From: Hemiscyllium ocellatum
Taxonomy: Eukaryota
NCBI RefSeq assembly: GCF_020745735.1
Contig: NC_083434.1
Coordinates: forward strand, 40,607,966-40,671,965
Reading direction: 5' to 3'
DNA length: 64,000 nucleotides
Shown: one piece after another, positions 25,509 through 37,731 of the stretch
How the letters are laid out: every line of letters starts with the position of its first letter
Position numbering within the stretch: the first letter of the stretch is position 1
Made by a program: the position numbers and the translations under genes
The notes under the pieces: generated by a model
Databases searched by the model: none
What the model was told of the DNA's origin: nothing
Seen by the model: only the letters and a program-made list of their open reading frames with translations

Positions 25509-27694
25509 ACACCAGATATCTACCCAGTTTATCAGCATACTTGAATAACCTCTGTTTTGCAAAGATTTCCCTCTTTGCTGTCTGCATTCAAAGTAACCCT
25601 GAAGGCTATAAGCCACTGCAATTTGGTTACAGACGGTCTGTCAAAGTGAGCTGTCTCTGCTGTCTTCAGCCAGGCCTCGAGCATACGCTGCTGCTCTCCC
25701 CTCTGCCGCTTCCAGGTCGCAGAGTAAGAAATAATCAAACCCCTTGCATAGGCAGTCTCCCAGAGCGCCGACAGATTACTGCCATACCTGAATTGATGAC
25801 CCAAATATTCCTGTGAAAAATACTCAATAAACTTGCTATCCTTCAGGAGGAAAGAATCCATGCGCCAATACTGCAAGCCTGTCCCATTACTACCCTCCTT
25901 AATCTCCATGTACACTGCTGCATGATCAGAAATGGCTATGTTCCTTATTCTGCAAGACAGCACAGAATTCAAAAAGGCAGATGGGGCAAAAAACATGTCA
26001 ATCCTTGTATAGCACTTATGGGGGTTAGAGAAAAAGGTGAAATCTCTACCCTCAGGGTGAAGATATCTCCACACATCCACCAACCCCAGCTCCCTGTTCA
26101 AGTCCACCAACTGCCTGGATTGCAGGGACATACCTGCAAGGCCCCTAGGCATCCTGTCCATGTGGGGGCCCACAAGTTGGTTAAAGTCTCCCCCTGTAAT
26201 TTTATTATGTGCCCCAAGAGCCATCAACCTGGAAAACTCATCCGTTAAAAATTTGAGGAGATATGCGAGGGTGGGGGGTGGTGGCAACATACTTTCAAAA
26301 TCCCATGTACTAAAGCTTTAAAAATCAGAAACCACCCATATTTATCCTTAATTTAATCTAACAGCTGAAACGGGAGATTCTTCTGGATGAGTGTAGCAAC
26401 TCCTCTACTTTTCGAATTAAAGGATGGGTAAAACACCCGGACAAACCCTCCCTGCTGTAACTTCAAGTGCTCCTTATCAGTTAGATGTGTTTCTTGCAAT
26501 AAAGCTACATTGACCCCCACTTTTCTCAGGTTTGAAAGTATCTTTTTTCTCTTAATTGGTGAGTGACTCCTCTTAACATTCCAGGTGCACCATTTAAATG
26601 AATGGCTAGCCATTGCTACCCAAAACGGTCCTTGGCCCCCAGGAGGAATAACCCCACTCATAGTGCACCAAGTGAAAGCAGCAAACAGTTCATATAAATT
26701 TGAAAATACAACTGCCAAAACTACTAACTCAAAACCTCTAACAACTACTTCTGCAACATACCAACATAGAACACAAATGAAAGGAGACTTTCCCCCTTGC
26801 CCACAGGGGGCGCTCATGCTACCCACCAACTCCTTCGAGCTGAAGCCATGGTCCAGCCCCAGACAACACAAAGTAAGAAAAGGCTATACGCGCCTTATAA
26901 CAAGAAAATTAAAAGTGGGCACTCAACCCACTCCTGGTAAAAATATATATTTGTGATCCTTTGTATATCTGAGCCTGTGGATCCTTCTCCAGTCGTCTAG
27001 AGGTTTCCAGCAGCATTTGCTTATCTCTGTAGTGCTGGTGTCACACTCGGACCGGGCGGGGACGCTGGTCCAATCCAGGCCTGGGCACTGCGGCCCGTTC
27101 GACCCACACCCAACCTGCTCCGACTTCAAAACCTGTGGGAGCCATTGCTCCAATAATCTGACAAGCTGGCCTTCTTCTTCCGTTTGGATATTCTTCCAAA
27201 TGCCTCGATTTTCGAGGCCATCGACCTCCTCTACCAAGGCCCACACCTGTCATTCCAAGGCCTGGACCCAACCCACCAAGGACCCCGTGGATCTCCTGGT
27301 CGTGCTTCTGCAGCATGGCTGAGATCGGTTCCAGCCTGGCCCGGGTCTCCTCCATCGCTGAATCTTCTCTCGAAGCTTCATGAACTCCGAGACCATGCTC
27401 TGCTCCACAGCTAAGTCCCCAGGAGTGCTCATGGAAGCTGACGCCATGGTCACAGATGTGTCTGTTGCTGCAGAGGAGTGCCCTGCTTTCTGTAATCCTC
27501 ATGATCCTTTCCCTTTAGTCATTTTTCTAACTCTCTTAAACTAACACACAGCAATTCTCAGGGTCAAAAACTATCAATTTCTACCACAATGGGTAATGAA
27601 GGGAGGGTGAGTGCACCATTTTGCTTGAGTTCTGGTGCAAGATCTCAGCTGCCATCTTGAATCCCCCCAGAATCCCTTTATTAAATAGTTTCTA

Positions 27695-27800
27695 ATCAAC
27701 CTGTTCAGAGATGTTACGACACACCACTGAAGCAGGTGGGACTTGAACCCAAACCTTCTGATTCAGAGGTAGGGACATGACCATTTCATCACAATAGCCC
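27695..27800 (-). mobile_element. Short tRNA-derived SINE (second copy at ~15432-15525)
   Basis: B-box GGTTCAAGTCC on the minus strand; flanked by an imperfect direct repeat cagaatc(c/t)cttta(t/c)taaat. Confidence 0.55.
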
Positions 27801-29150
27801 CCCAGAATCTCTTTACTAAATGATTCTCCTTTATAGAACAAACCTGACAAAAACAATGCATCTTTCTAAGTGCAGTTTCAGGAAGATGATATTTTTCCAT
27901 CTTTCTTTTACATACAGGTCCTGTGAGCCACTCATTCCCACAGATTAATGCTTCTCTTCACTTAACCACTACAAAGCTATTCCTGGAGGTCAAGCAACAA
28001 TGCTTTGTTTTGTTTTGTTTTGTTCTGAGGCAGGACAGGTACCTTTCCTTTTCTTTAACTCTGCTCATCAGTGCCAACACTGCTGCACTGAACATATTAC
28101 CCAAGTATCCATTATTCCTGCCATCTTATATTTGAATTTCCTTTCCATTCTCTCTTTATTCTCTGTAGCATTCTTGATCCAAAGAAGAAAGGACAGTGAC
28201 TTTACCCAGGGAGTTGGAAGGGGGAGGGGGGGGGGAGCTGGTGGTGGGAACCAGTATCCCTTTTATGTCAGCTGAAAAGAAACCCCAAAACTGAATTCAA
28301 ACTTATGAAAGCTAGAATCTTTAAACATACAGCTATAGAATTATTGTAATGCAGAATGAGGCCATTTGGCCCATCACTTTATGCTAGCTTTCAGTGAAGC
28401 AATCCAGTCAGTCCCATTACTCTGCAGTTTCTATGAGGGCCTGTAATTTTATTTCCATCAAGTGCCCTATTAAATCATTGATTGCTGTCCTACCCTTACA
28501 TGATCAGCCAATAAGAACAACTTTTCTTTGTTTACCTTGTCCAAACCTTTCATATTCCTATACAACTCTATCGAACATTCCTTGACCTTCTCCACTCCAA
28601 GGAGAACAACCCCACCGTCTGTCCTAAACTTGAAAAGTTGGGTGACTGATTTCTGTTTCTCTAACTGCTGCTTGGCCTACTGAGTGCTTCTGTTTTTGCC
28701 TTCCATACTTGTTCTGAAGTTCTCATCCTGTTGACAGTCTAATACGTCTTCTCCCTCATTATGAAACTCAGGCTCAACTGTTCTTCAAAATTAAATACTG
28801 GGTAGGCTTTATACCGGAATCATAAAGACTGGCTGAAGCAAAAATAAAAGAGTATTGTCGTCAATAATGATATCTACACATTTAATTCACTGCAATTATA
28901 CTTAGCATGGACTCTCTGTACCAAATGACCTCCTTCAGTGCTGTAATGATGCTACAACAGAGAGGTATAGGGATGAATTGCAACTTCTCCAGATGGATCA
29001 GATGGATTGTATCAACGAGCACTGTACAAACACATAGCAGATGCAGCATGGGTGAAATGGAAATCAGGAGTGCATTTCTGAACACAGAATAGGGTGATGC
29101 AGTGAGGACTTAATAGTACAGTTCTACAGAAGTTGTAGAAACAGAAGATC

Positions 29151-29371
29151 ATGAGTGTGGTGCTGGAAAAGCACAGCAGTTGAGGCAGCATCCAAGGAAC
29201 AGAAGAATGGATGTTTTGGGCATAAGCCCTTCATCAGGAACTGTTCCTGATGAAGGGCTTATGCCCAAAACATCGATTCTCCTGCTCCTCGGATGCTGCC
29301 TGACCTGCTGGGCTTTTCCAGCACCACACTTTGGACTCTGATCTCCAGCATCTGCAGTCCTCACTTTCTCC
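29151..29371. mobile_element. Palindromic Penelope pLTR insertion
   Basis: Inverted arms around catcaggaa-ctg-ttcctgatg; TSD TAGAAACAGAAGATC at 29136-29150 and 29372-29386. Confidence 0.9.
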
Positions 29372-31230
29372 TAGAAACAGAAGATCCTTTGGTCAATGTT
29401 CACTGATCCTTGGAGTTGGAAGGTATATCAAGCAAGAGATTAGCAAAGTTGCAGTTCAAGATGTCAGCTCACTGCCATTTTTTTAAGGACAGTGGCATCA
29501 ATAAGCTGTGAATAACTTGTTAAAAGACTTGAGCTTCCCAAATAGAGATGGCAAATGAGAAGGTTATGTGGAATCTTTATAAAGTTCTGGTTAGGCCACA
29601 ACTAGAGCATAGCATCTGGTGCTGATAGTACACTGTGGGAAGGATGTGGTGGTCCTTGAGAGGGATTTGTCTAGAGTGGTTCCTGTTATGAGTGATATTC
29701 ACTCCGATGCTAAGTTAGAAATGAAGTGGGTGTGAGCTATCTAAACTTCTAAACATCGCACAAGAGAAATTATTCAAATTAAATCTCAGAATGTTAATTC
29801 CCAAATCATTTTTGAGGATGCATATGTATATTCTCAAACATAAATGCAATTCTAATCATTAAAATTTCTTATTACAAATGTTATTGTGTCAAACTTTTAA
29901 ATCTAAGACACATGAGCACCATTTCATTATTATTCAGGATATTAGAGTGCTAAGGTCAGAGTTCGCATTTCCTGTACGTGTTGAGCGTTTATTCTGGCAA
30001 TACAATCTTAGAATGCTCATTCATTTTTGAAGGAAGTGGGGTTACCTGCAGTCATGTAGTTGGCCAAGATATTTGATCCTGGGGCTCCCCAAATGTAAGT
30101 GAGGCAAACACTGCAGGGCAGAGGAGTATAAGCACATTGTAAAGTTCTGTGGATGTTCTCAAAACAAAGAAATCTGATTATTGTTGGAGTCGTTCTCTAA
30201 ATATGCTACATGGGTCACTTAAAGTGCTTCATCCATTCCTGTTTATTGCGTATGTTGTCTGACCTCTGCCAAAATCTACAGTGTGGTAAAATCAAACTGT
30301 ATGCCCGAAATCTAAGAAAGGGGAGTGAAATAAAATGCAGTTTGTTTCCAATGACCTCTGTTAGAAAGAGCAGTTGTGTGAATCTTCAGCAGGTCAAGCA
30401 GCATCTGCAGGGAGAGACACAGAGTCAACATTTCTTATTGATGAGAGTTCACCAACTTGAAACATTAACTCTGTTTCTCCATCCATAGATGCTGCCAGGC
30501 CTGCTCAACATTTCTAGTGCTTTTTTTGTTTTACTTCAGCTTTCCAGCAGCCTCATATGTTACCTTCGCTTCTATGACTGTCAAGTGAAATCAGAAACAG
30601 CATGTCTGTGATGTTTCCACAATGATCAATGGTCTGCCAGTGTAACAAAACTTAATGAAAGCCTTTCTACACAAGAAACTTCCTGACTAGTGAAAAGTGA
30701 CTGTGTTTGTCTGAACCATGTTTCGCAAGCTTGTTAAAAAAAAGTAGGAGACCATTTGGCCCCTCATGTCTGTTCTGCCATTCAATATGGTCATGGCTGA
30801 ATTTAAAATTTCACATTCTCATCTACCTCTGAAAACCCTTGATTCCCCTGCCGAGCATGAATCTGTCTAATTCTGTACTAAAAATACTAAATGATCAGGT
30901 CATTCTGAGGTAGAGTGTTTCAAAACTGCACAACCATCTTTACTTCAGTCCTGAAAGGGTAACTCCTAATTTTAATATCTAACTCAGGATGACCCATGAC
31001 AGAAAATATCCATTCCACATCCACCTGGTCCAGACCATTTAGGAACTTGTATGTTTCAATTGACCATCCCTTTATCAGTGAAAACAAACCAAGCCTGTCC
31101 AACCATTCCTCATAAAACTATTTGTTCATTCCAGATATCAATCTAGTAAATCTTCTCTGAACTACCTTCAATGTATTTATATCCTTCCTTAAATGAGGAA
31201 ACCAAAACTGCATGTAGTCTTCAAGATTTG

Positions 31231-31546
31231 TGGGCGGCACGGTGGCACAGTGGTTAGCACTGCTGCCTCACAGCGCCTGAGACCCGGGTTCAATTCCCGA
31301 CTCAGGCGACTGACTGTGTGGAGTTTGCACGTTCTCCCCGTGTGTGCGTGGGTTTCCTCCGGGTGCTCCGGTTTCCTCCCACCGTCCAAAGATGTGCGGG
31401 TCAGGTGAATTGGCCACGCTAAATTGCCCGTAGCATTAGATAATGGGGTAAATGTAGGGGTATGGGTGGGTTGCGCTTCGGCGGGTCGGTGTGGACTTGT
31501 TGGGCCGAAGGGCCTGTTTCCACACTGTAAGTAATCTAATCTAATC
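31231..31546 (+). mobile_element. HE1-type V-SINE, full length
   Basis: tRNA head (TGGCACAGTGG A-box, GGTTCAATTCC B-box), V-domain gtgtggagtttgcacgttctccccgtg...gggtttcctccgggtgctccggtttcctccc, CR1-like tail and (aatct)n end. Confidence 0.9.
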
Positions 31547-33312
31547 TCACTGCAGATGATTTCCACTGGCAGTACTAAAAGTTAATCAGAAAAGGGGTTT
31601 GTATATGTAATGTATGTGTATAGTTAAAACTTACAAAGAGAGAAAGTAGCACAGGAAAACACTGATTACAGCTTATTCTTTCTACGCAGAACAGGTTCCG
31701 ACTTAAACCAAATCATTTGTCATTCTTGAGTACTGCACCCACATGATTTCGGCTTTAAGACGCACAAAATCTAATATTACAATGGGGAGGTTGTGTTGAT
31801 CCAGCAAGTACCTGGTAATTAGGGCTCGAAGTTCTTCTCATTTGATTTTCTGCAAATAACTCTTGAGTTTATTCATTTTGTTGTTTTAATTTCATGAACC
31901 TTACATACAGGTTCTATAAAAAAAACACTTACCTAACAGTATATGGCAAATGTATAGCTCAACTCAATTTCTAATAAGACATTTCAATGGGTATTTTACT
32001 TTCCTGTGCCCTAATTGGTCACCTCCTGACCTTCCTTTGATATGTTTCCATGGCAACATAGCTTACAATCGCTAACTCTTACGTAAAATATTATGGAACC
32101 TATGTCTTTGCAGAGTTTTAACTGCTTCAAACCAAAGACTACGTCGTCACCGGACAGGAAGAAAGAATTCCCAATTGAAAAACCTCAAAGAGCTTCTGCT
32201 GTATTAATTATTTTACCATTAAAAATGCAGTGAAAATATCAGTTGTATCTCAATATATAGCCATTACAAACTTAGTCTCATTTAGATAATAACTGGATTT
32301 AAATTGAAAATTTATTGCTGCATCACTTATTGTCATTAATTAATCAGAAAAATGCTCTAAAGCAAACTGGAAACTCTAAATAACAAAAAGTAAATTAAAC
32401 AATTAAGCTTTTTTATTATTATCTTCTAATTCAGGTACAAGGGAACTATTCCAAGATGAAAATGTCAATCATTATATATTATTAAGTAATGTATTGAGAC
32501 TGTTAGCTGCTTTATATCATCAGCTGCCTCTTAAATCTATGCCAGCCTGGGCTGAAAGTACAGTATTCCAAACAATTTCCTAGGTAACAGGTAGGAATTA
32601 ACTGAAAATCATTGTCCTTTGGAGTTTCTTCCTCTCCAGAGAAAACTAGACATTATTGCTCACTGCATTCTGATTAAGATGGGAACTGAAAGCAAGGAGG
32701 ATATGGGAGAAATCAAACAGGCAGATTCCTGTTGCTGTGTTGCATTGCTCTTTTGGGCTGCCTTAAACCAGTCATACGTGAGAAAATGTACAATTGAACT
32801 ATTTTACAAAAGAAAATCAGGAACACTTATGATTCAAGCTCTCACTTAGGAGGAGAAATTGATAAATGGGTTGTTGGAGAATGATACGGCAATCTAAGAA
32901 AATAAGAAATAGGACCAGGGACAGATGTCTCAAGGAGCTCAAAGAGCCATATTGCTGATCATTAAACTCAAACTTTCTTGCTCCCTCCTTAAGTCTCTTT
33001 GATTCTCTTTGTGTCCAAGCTCTATTGAAGTCATTCTTGAATGTACTCATTGTCTGAGTCCAGGTTTGAAGAGTTTCAATGATATTTAGCACTCCGATGA
33101 AGATATTCCTCCTCATCCTGGTCCAAAATGGCTGACCCCTTCACCTGAAACAATGGTCCTTAGTTCTAGATTCTTTAGCCAAGGGAAACAAACTTCAGCA
33201 TTAATTTCAATAAAGAATCAACATTCTTCAAATTAAAACAATGAGAAATGTAAGATATTGAAAGAGACTTTTTAAAAATGTAATCTCAATTATCTCTTTC
33301 ATTTTGATTTTT

Positions 33313-33332
33313 CACACACACACACACACACA
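33313..33332 (+). repeat. (CA)n microsatellite
   Basis: cacacacacacacacacaca. Confidence 0.9.
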
Positions 33333-33444
33333 AAATACCTTAATTCATGTACTGTCCAGCATTACTGCTTCATAATCTTTGTTCAATAATGTTATAACTA
33401 ATGGCTTTATACTGTGACCTCAAAAATATAGAACTTCAACTTAC

Positions 33445-33611
33445 AGCTCTTCCGATTTTTGGGATTTCTTGTCCTGCACGACATAAACCATCCCAAAACT
33501 GCCTCTCCCAAGTTTTTCTTGTACCTGGTATCTTCCTGCAATCAGTGACTCAGTGCAGACCATGACTGAAGTGTTTCTAACACTTTTTGGAGCTTCGTGG
33601 AATTTTGGCAT
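33445..33611 (-). CDS. NEK11: NIMA-related kinase 11, first coding exon (exon acceptor at ~33697)
   Basis: Translates MPKFHEAPKSVRNTSVMVCTESLIAGRYQVQEKLGRGSFGMVYVVQDKKSQKSEEL, matching the NEK11 N-terminus (MxKFxEA...LIAxRY...KLGxGSFGxVY...EEL) with its kinase glycine loop. Donor CT|GTAAG at 33445/33444; acceptor ctccagcag| at 33698/33697. Head-to-head with ASTE1, as in other vertebrates. No further NEK11 coding exon was recognised in 1-33444. Confidence 0.92.
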
Positions 33612-35251
33612 ATTTCCCCTCTCGCTAAGTGAATCTTGACAGCTTTTTTCCACTACACGTTATATTTAAGTTCCCACATATAGAGCCTTCAAAACACCTG
33701 CTGGAGCAACCAAATGCAGAATTGACACAGTTAAAGAATTGTTGCATTAGTACAGCAACAGTACAACCTCTATGGGTAGAAAATTATCATAACCTGTAGC
33801 TGAGAACGAGGAACAGCAAACCAATTAGGAATTAGAGGTTGAATATGCCAATTCTTGCATCACTGAATAAAACAAGATGGTTCACAAATGGCAAAGTAAT
33901 GTGTGCATTATCTCTTCTGTAAAAAGATAGTCTCCATAGTCTTAGCAGCCCCGAGGGATACTCTCTTATTAGAGAGAACCCACCAGTGATGGTTTAACCT
34001 GAGAGGGAGAAATTGAGAAGGAGATTCCTTCATGGCAACCTCAGCTGGTGCAGGAAATGAACTCATGGTTTTGGCATTATTCTGCCTTATAAACCAGCCA
34101 TTTAGTCAACTGAGCTAGCTGGCATCTCTTTCATGAGTAAAACAAATATATGGAATCAATTTCAATGCAGTACTCTAATAGGTTGCATGTTATTTTGGGT
34201 AAATAAAATCATACAGTTTGTCTCAAATGATGACCATTCTTCTGTAAAGAGAAAAATTGATTTCTTCAGCACTTCGTGGTTAATCTACCTACTAAACTCC
34301 AACTGCTGTTTATTAGTTATGCGGGTTTAATACTATTAAGCATGAAAATCTTCCAGTATAAAAGGCTGCTAGTAGGCAATTCTTGTTAGAACTGTAGCAA
34401 TTAGGAATGGCCAATAAATGCCAATATATCCAACAATACCCATATCTTGTGAACAAATAGAACAAAACTCAGTCAAAGCATCTCCCAGTTGATCAGACAT
34501 GAGTATTCAACCTCTTGTGCTTGTCAGTCTATGACTTTCCACCCATTAGTGTAGGCTGGTGTAAAATCACAACCTGAGGAGCAAAAAAGCAGAAAACTTT
34601 TGCATGTTTCCAAACTTGAACCATTACTCCAAATACATCTCCATTGCCTCCACACTCCCTTCTACCCTCCTTCATGCTTCCCATACCCACCCTGTGCACA
34701 CTCCCACATACTCATCCTCCACACAATCCCCATATCTACCCTTCCATACTTCACCCTCCACACCCTACTCCTCAGCATACATGCAGTTCATATTTTTTTT
34801 CTGATAGTTAAGTACTACAGAATGAATAACTGGGGAACAAATGGGGGGAAACATGCACTGCTAGCATGTGTGCAATTTCATACTAACCGGTTCTGATGAT
34901 TGATCATCAAACTGAAACTACTAACTCTGTTTCTGCCTCCAGAGGAATCCCAACCTTTCCTTCCCCAAGGAAAACTGAACCAACTACTCCAATCTATCCA
35001 TGCACTGAGTTGGATGATCAGCCATTATCATTTTGAATGGCAGAGCAGACTGGAATGTCCAAATAAATGGCCTGCTCCTATTTTCTATGTACCTACTTTA
35101 AATTCCTCACTCGAGTTTAGAAGAGTAAGAGGCCACCTTCTAAACATACAAGATTCTTTTTTCCTTTTGTGGGAGTGTCTAAGACCAAACAGAATAATCC
35201 CAGAGTAAGAGGCCACCCATTTAAGATAAAGATGGGGAGGAATTTCTTCTC

Positions 35252-36296
35252 GTAAAAAATGAGGTCTGCAGATGCTGGAGATCACAGTTGAAAATGTGTT
35301 GCTGGTTAAAGCACAGCAGGTCAGGCAGCATCCAAGGAACAGGAAATTCGATGTTTCGGGCATAAGCCCTTCATCAGGAATGAGGAGAGAGTGCCAGACA
35401 GGCTAAGATAAAAGGTAGGGAGGAGGGCCTTGGGGGACGGGCGATGGAGATGTGATAGGTGGAAGGAGGTCAAGGTGAGGGTGATAGGCCGAGTGGGGTG
35501 GGGGCAGAGAGGTTAGGAAGAAGATTGCAGGTTGGGAGGGCGGTGCTGAGTTGAGGGAACCGACTGAGACAAGGTGGGGGGAGGGGAAATGAGGAAACTG
35601 GAGAAATCCGAGTTCATCCCTTGTGGTTGGAGGGTTCCCAGGCGGAAGATGAGGCGTTCTTCCTCCAACCGTCGTGTTGTTATGTCTTGCTGGTGGAGGA
35701 GTCCAAGGACCTGCATGTCCTCGGTGGAGTGGGAGGGAGAGTTAAAGTGTTGAGCCATGGGGTGGTTGGGTTGGTTGGTCCGGGCGTCCCTGAGGTGTTC
35801 TCTGAAGCGTTCTGCAAGTAAGCGGCCCGTCTCCCCAATATAGAGGAGGCTACATCGGGTGCAGCGGATGCAATAGATGATGTGTGTGGAGGTACAGGTG
35901 AACTTGTGGCGGATATGGAAGGATCCCTTGGGGCCTTGGAGGGAAGTGAGGGAGGAGGTCCTCGGATGAACTCGGATTTCTCCAGTTTCCTCATTTCCCC
36001 TCCCCCCACCTTGTCTCAGTCGGTTCCCTCAACTCAGCACCGCCCTCCCAACCTGCAATCTTCTTCCTAACCTCTCTGCCCCCACCCCACTCGGCCTATC
36101 ACCCTCACCTTGACCTCCTTCCACCTATCACATCTCCATCGCCCCTCCCCCAAGTCCCTCCTCCCTACCTTTTATCTTAGCCTGCCTGGCACTCTCTCCT
36201 CATTCCTGATGAAGGGCTTATGCCCGAAACATCGAATTTCCTGTTCCTTGGATGCTGCCTGACCTGCTGTGCTTTAACCAGCAACACATTTTCAAC
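35252..36296. mobile_element. Penelope 3' fragment (GIY-YIG + pLTR) with an inverted ~330-bp copy, inserted in a CR1 tail
   Basis: Arms ~35287-35620 and ~35964-36296 are near-perfect inverted repeats; TSD AGGAATTTCTTCTC at 35238-35251 and 36297-36310; homologous to 23664-24320. Confidence 0.9.
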
Positions 36297-37193
36297 AGGA
36301 ATTTCTTCTCTCAGAGGATGGTGCATCTGTGGCTGGGTTGTTTAGTACATTCAAGGCAAAAAAAATGACAGATTTTTAGGCATTAAGGGAATCAAGCATA
36401 TGGGAAGAAGGCAAGAAAGTGGGAGTTGAGGATTATCAAATCAGCCATGATCTAATTGATTTGTGGAGTAGAATTGATGGGCTGAATGGTTGACTTGTGC
36501 TCCTATACCTTATGATTTTATGATACAAATGATATTTTGTCCATAGTCGCAGAATTGTCAAATGCAGAAGGAAACAATTCAGCCCAGAGTGCTCATTATG
36601 TCTCTAAATATTTAGACAGTGTCAATCTTTCTCCAATACTCTGCACATTCATTCTACTTAAATACTCATCCAAAGCCCTCTTGAATGCCTCAATGAACCT
36701 AAACTGTACTCCCAGGCAATGCATTCATTACCTGAATTTCTCACAATGTGAAAAAGTGTTTTTTTTTCCTCCTCAGCTCACATTTGTTTCTTTCCAAAAA
36801 TACTTTAAAACTGTGTCCTCAGGTTCTAAACAAAAGGCTTATCTGAAGCAGAAGCCTTTCAGGAAAACATCACAGGAGCCCCAAATAAACTCACTCTAAA
36901 GAGACTTTAGGGAAAGTTACCAAAAAAACAATGAAAATTCAGCTACAGGTTTTGCACAAAGCCAGGTTCACGTGCCACACTCACCTGCCCAGGTAACAAA
37001 TAGAGAGATACATTGAGAACTGGGCTCACTTTTTAAATTATTAATTGCAATCAAGTTGTTTAACTGATTTCTCTCTTTTTCCATGTGCAATAGTTTTAAT
37101 GCAATAAATTCTATACAGGAACGTTATGCATTTTGTTTTTGTTACGCAATAGATTTTATGCAATGCCTTGTTTGTTAGCTGCACTTTGTTTAC

Positions 37194-37290
37194 CTGCTCT
37201 CGGATCCCGGAGTTGAGAGTCCGGTTGCTCCGCAACGGCTCGGAGGATGCCGGGAGTCCCCATATTAATAGATAGACCATATTCACGTTG
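37194..37290 (-). other. NEK11: Candidate non-coding first exon of NEK11
   Basis: CpG-rich patch ending in a minus-strand donor CAG|GTAAAC at 37194/37193. A second consensus donor CAG|GTGAGT lies at 36985/36984. The 5' end is a guess. Confidence 0.5.
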
Positions 37291-37629
37291 ACGTCACTGC
37301 AATGGCGACCGCGCACATCCAGAAAACATCAAAAACAAAATCAAAAAGCATATCTCCTGCCTCGATTTCTTGAAAAGAATATCGTAGATTTGCAATTCCT
37401 CAGAAAAAATATTGATTACATATGTTGCTTTGATCAGATTAATGCTGGACACTTATGAAAATGCTGACTTTGAGACATTTTAACCTTTTTTCTCCTTAAT
37501 ATAGAAATTACTTTTCAAAATTGAACCTCTAATTTTGCATTTACTTCCGGTTTCTTTTCTGTTCATTGCTTCGACAAAAGGATTTTATTTTTACATTTCT
37601 CTACGCCAAATGCGCTAAAAGTGTTGAGC

Positions 37630-37731
37630 TATTTTCAGTCGGAACTTTTGTTTTGAGTATTTGTATTCCGGATCACGGAGGACAGGGGACGGTTTCATTT
37701 TCAAAGAGCAGGAGAGACTTGCAGAGAGTTG
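37630..37731 (+). other. ASTE1: Candidate non-coding first exon of ASTE1
   Basis: Plus-strand donor TTG|GTAAGA at 37731/37732 downstream of the ETS site. A second candidate UTR exon is 38641-38700 (ttccctcttcacag| ... ag|GTAAGT). The start is approximate. Confidence 0.45.

Larger units (their letters stand above)
20812..27667 (-). mobile_element. Full-length, decayed L1-clade LINE (ORF1 from ~27522; ORF2 from ~26613 to ~20986), interrupted by two Penelope insertions
   Basis: TSD CAGAATCCCTT at 20801-20811 and 27668-27678; 5' end GGGGGATTCAAGATGGC; APE motifs TWNV...LLQETH, GDFN, RIDMFF, ISDH; RT motifs RPISLL, PLSPLLF...EPLA, ADD, YLGI; C-terminal CPKC...HCLWSC knuckle; AATAAA and A-rich 3' tail; many frameshifts and stops. 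Confidence 0.92.

Noticed and set aside
1-33444. Further NEK11 kinase exons (KVLKEI, HPAIV, HRDLK, DFG)
   Set aside because: None found by eye on the minus strand; the next exon probably lies left of the window, though a short exon could have been missed.
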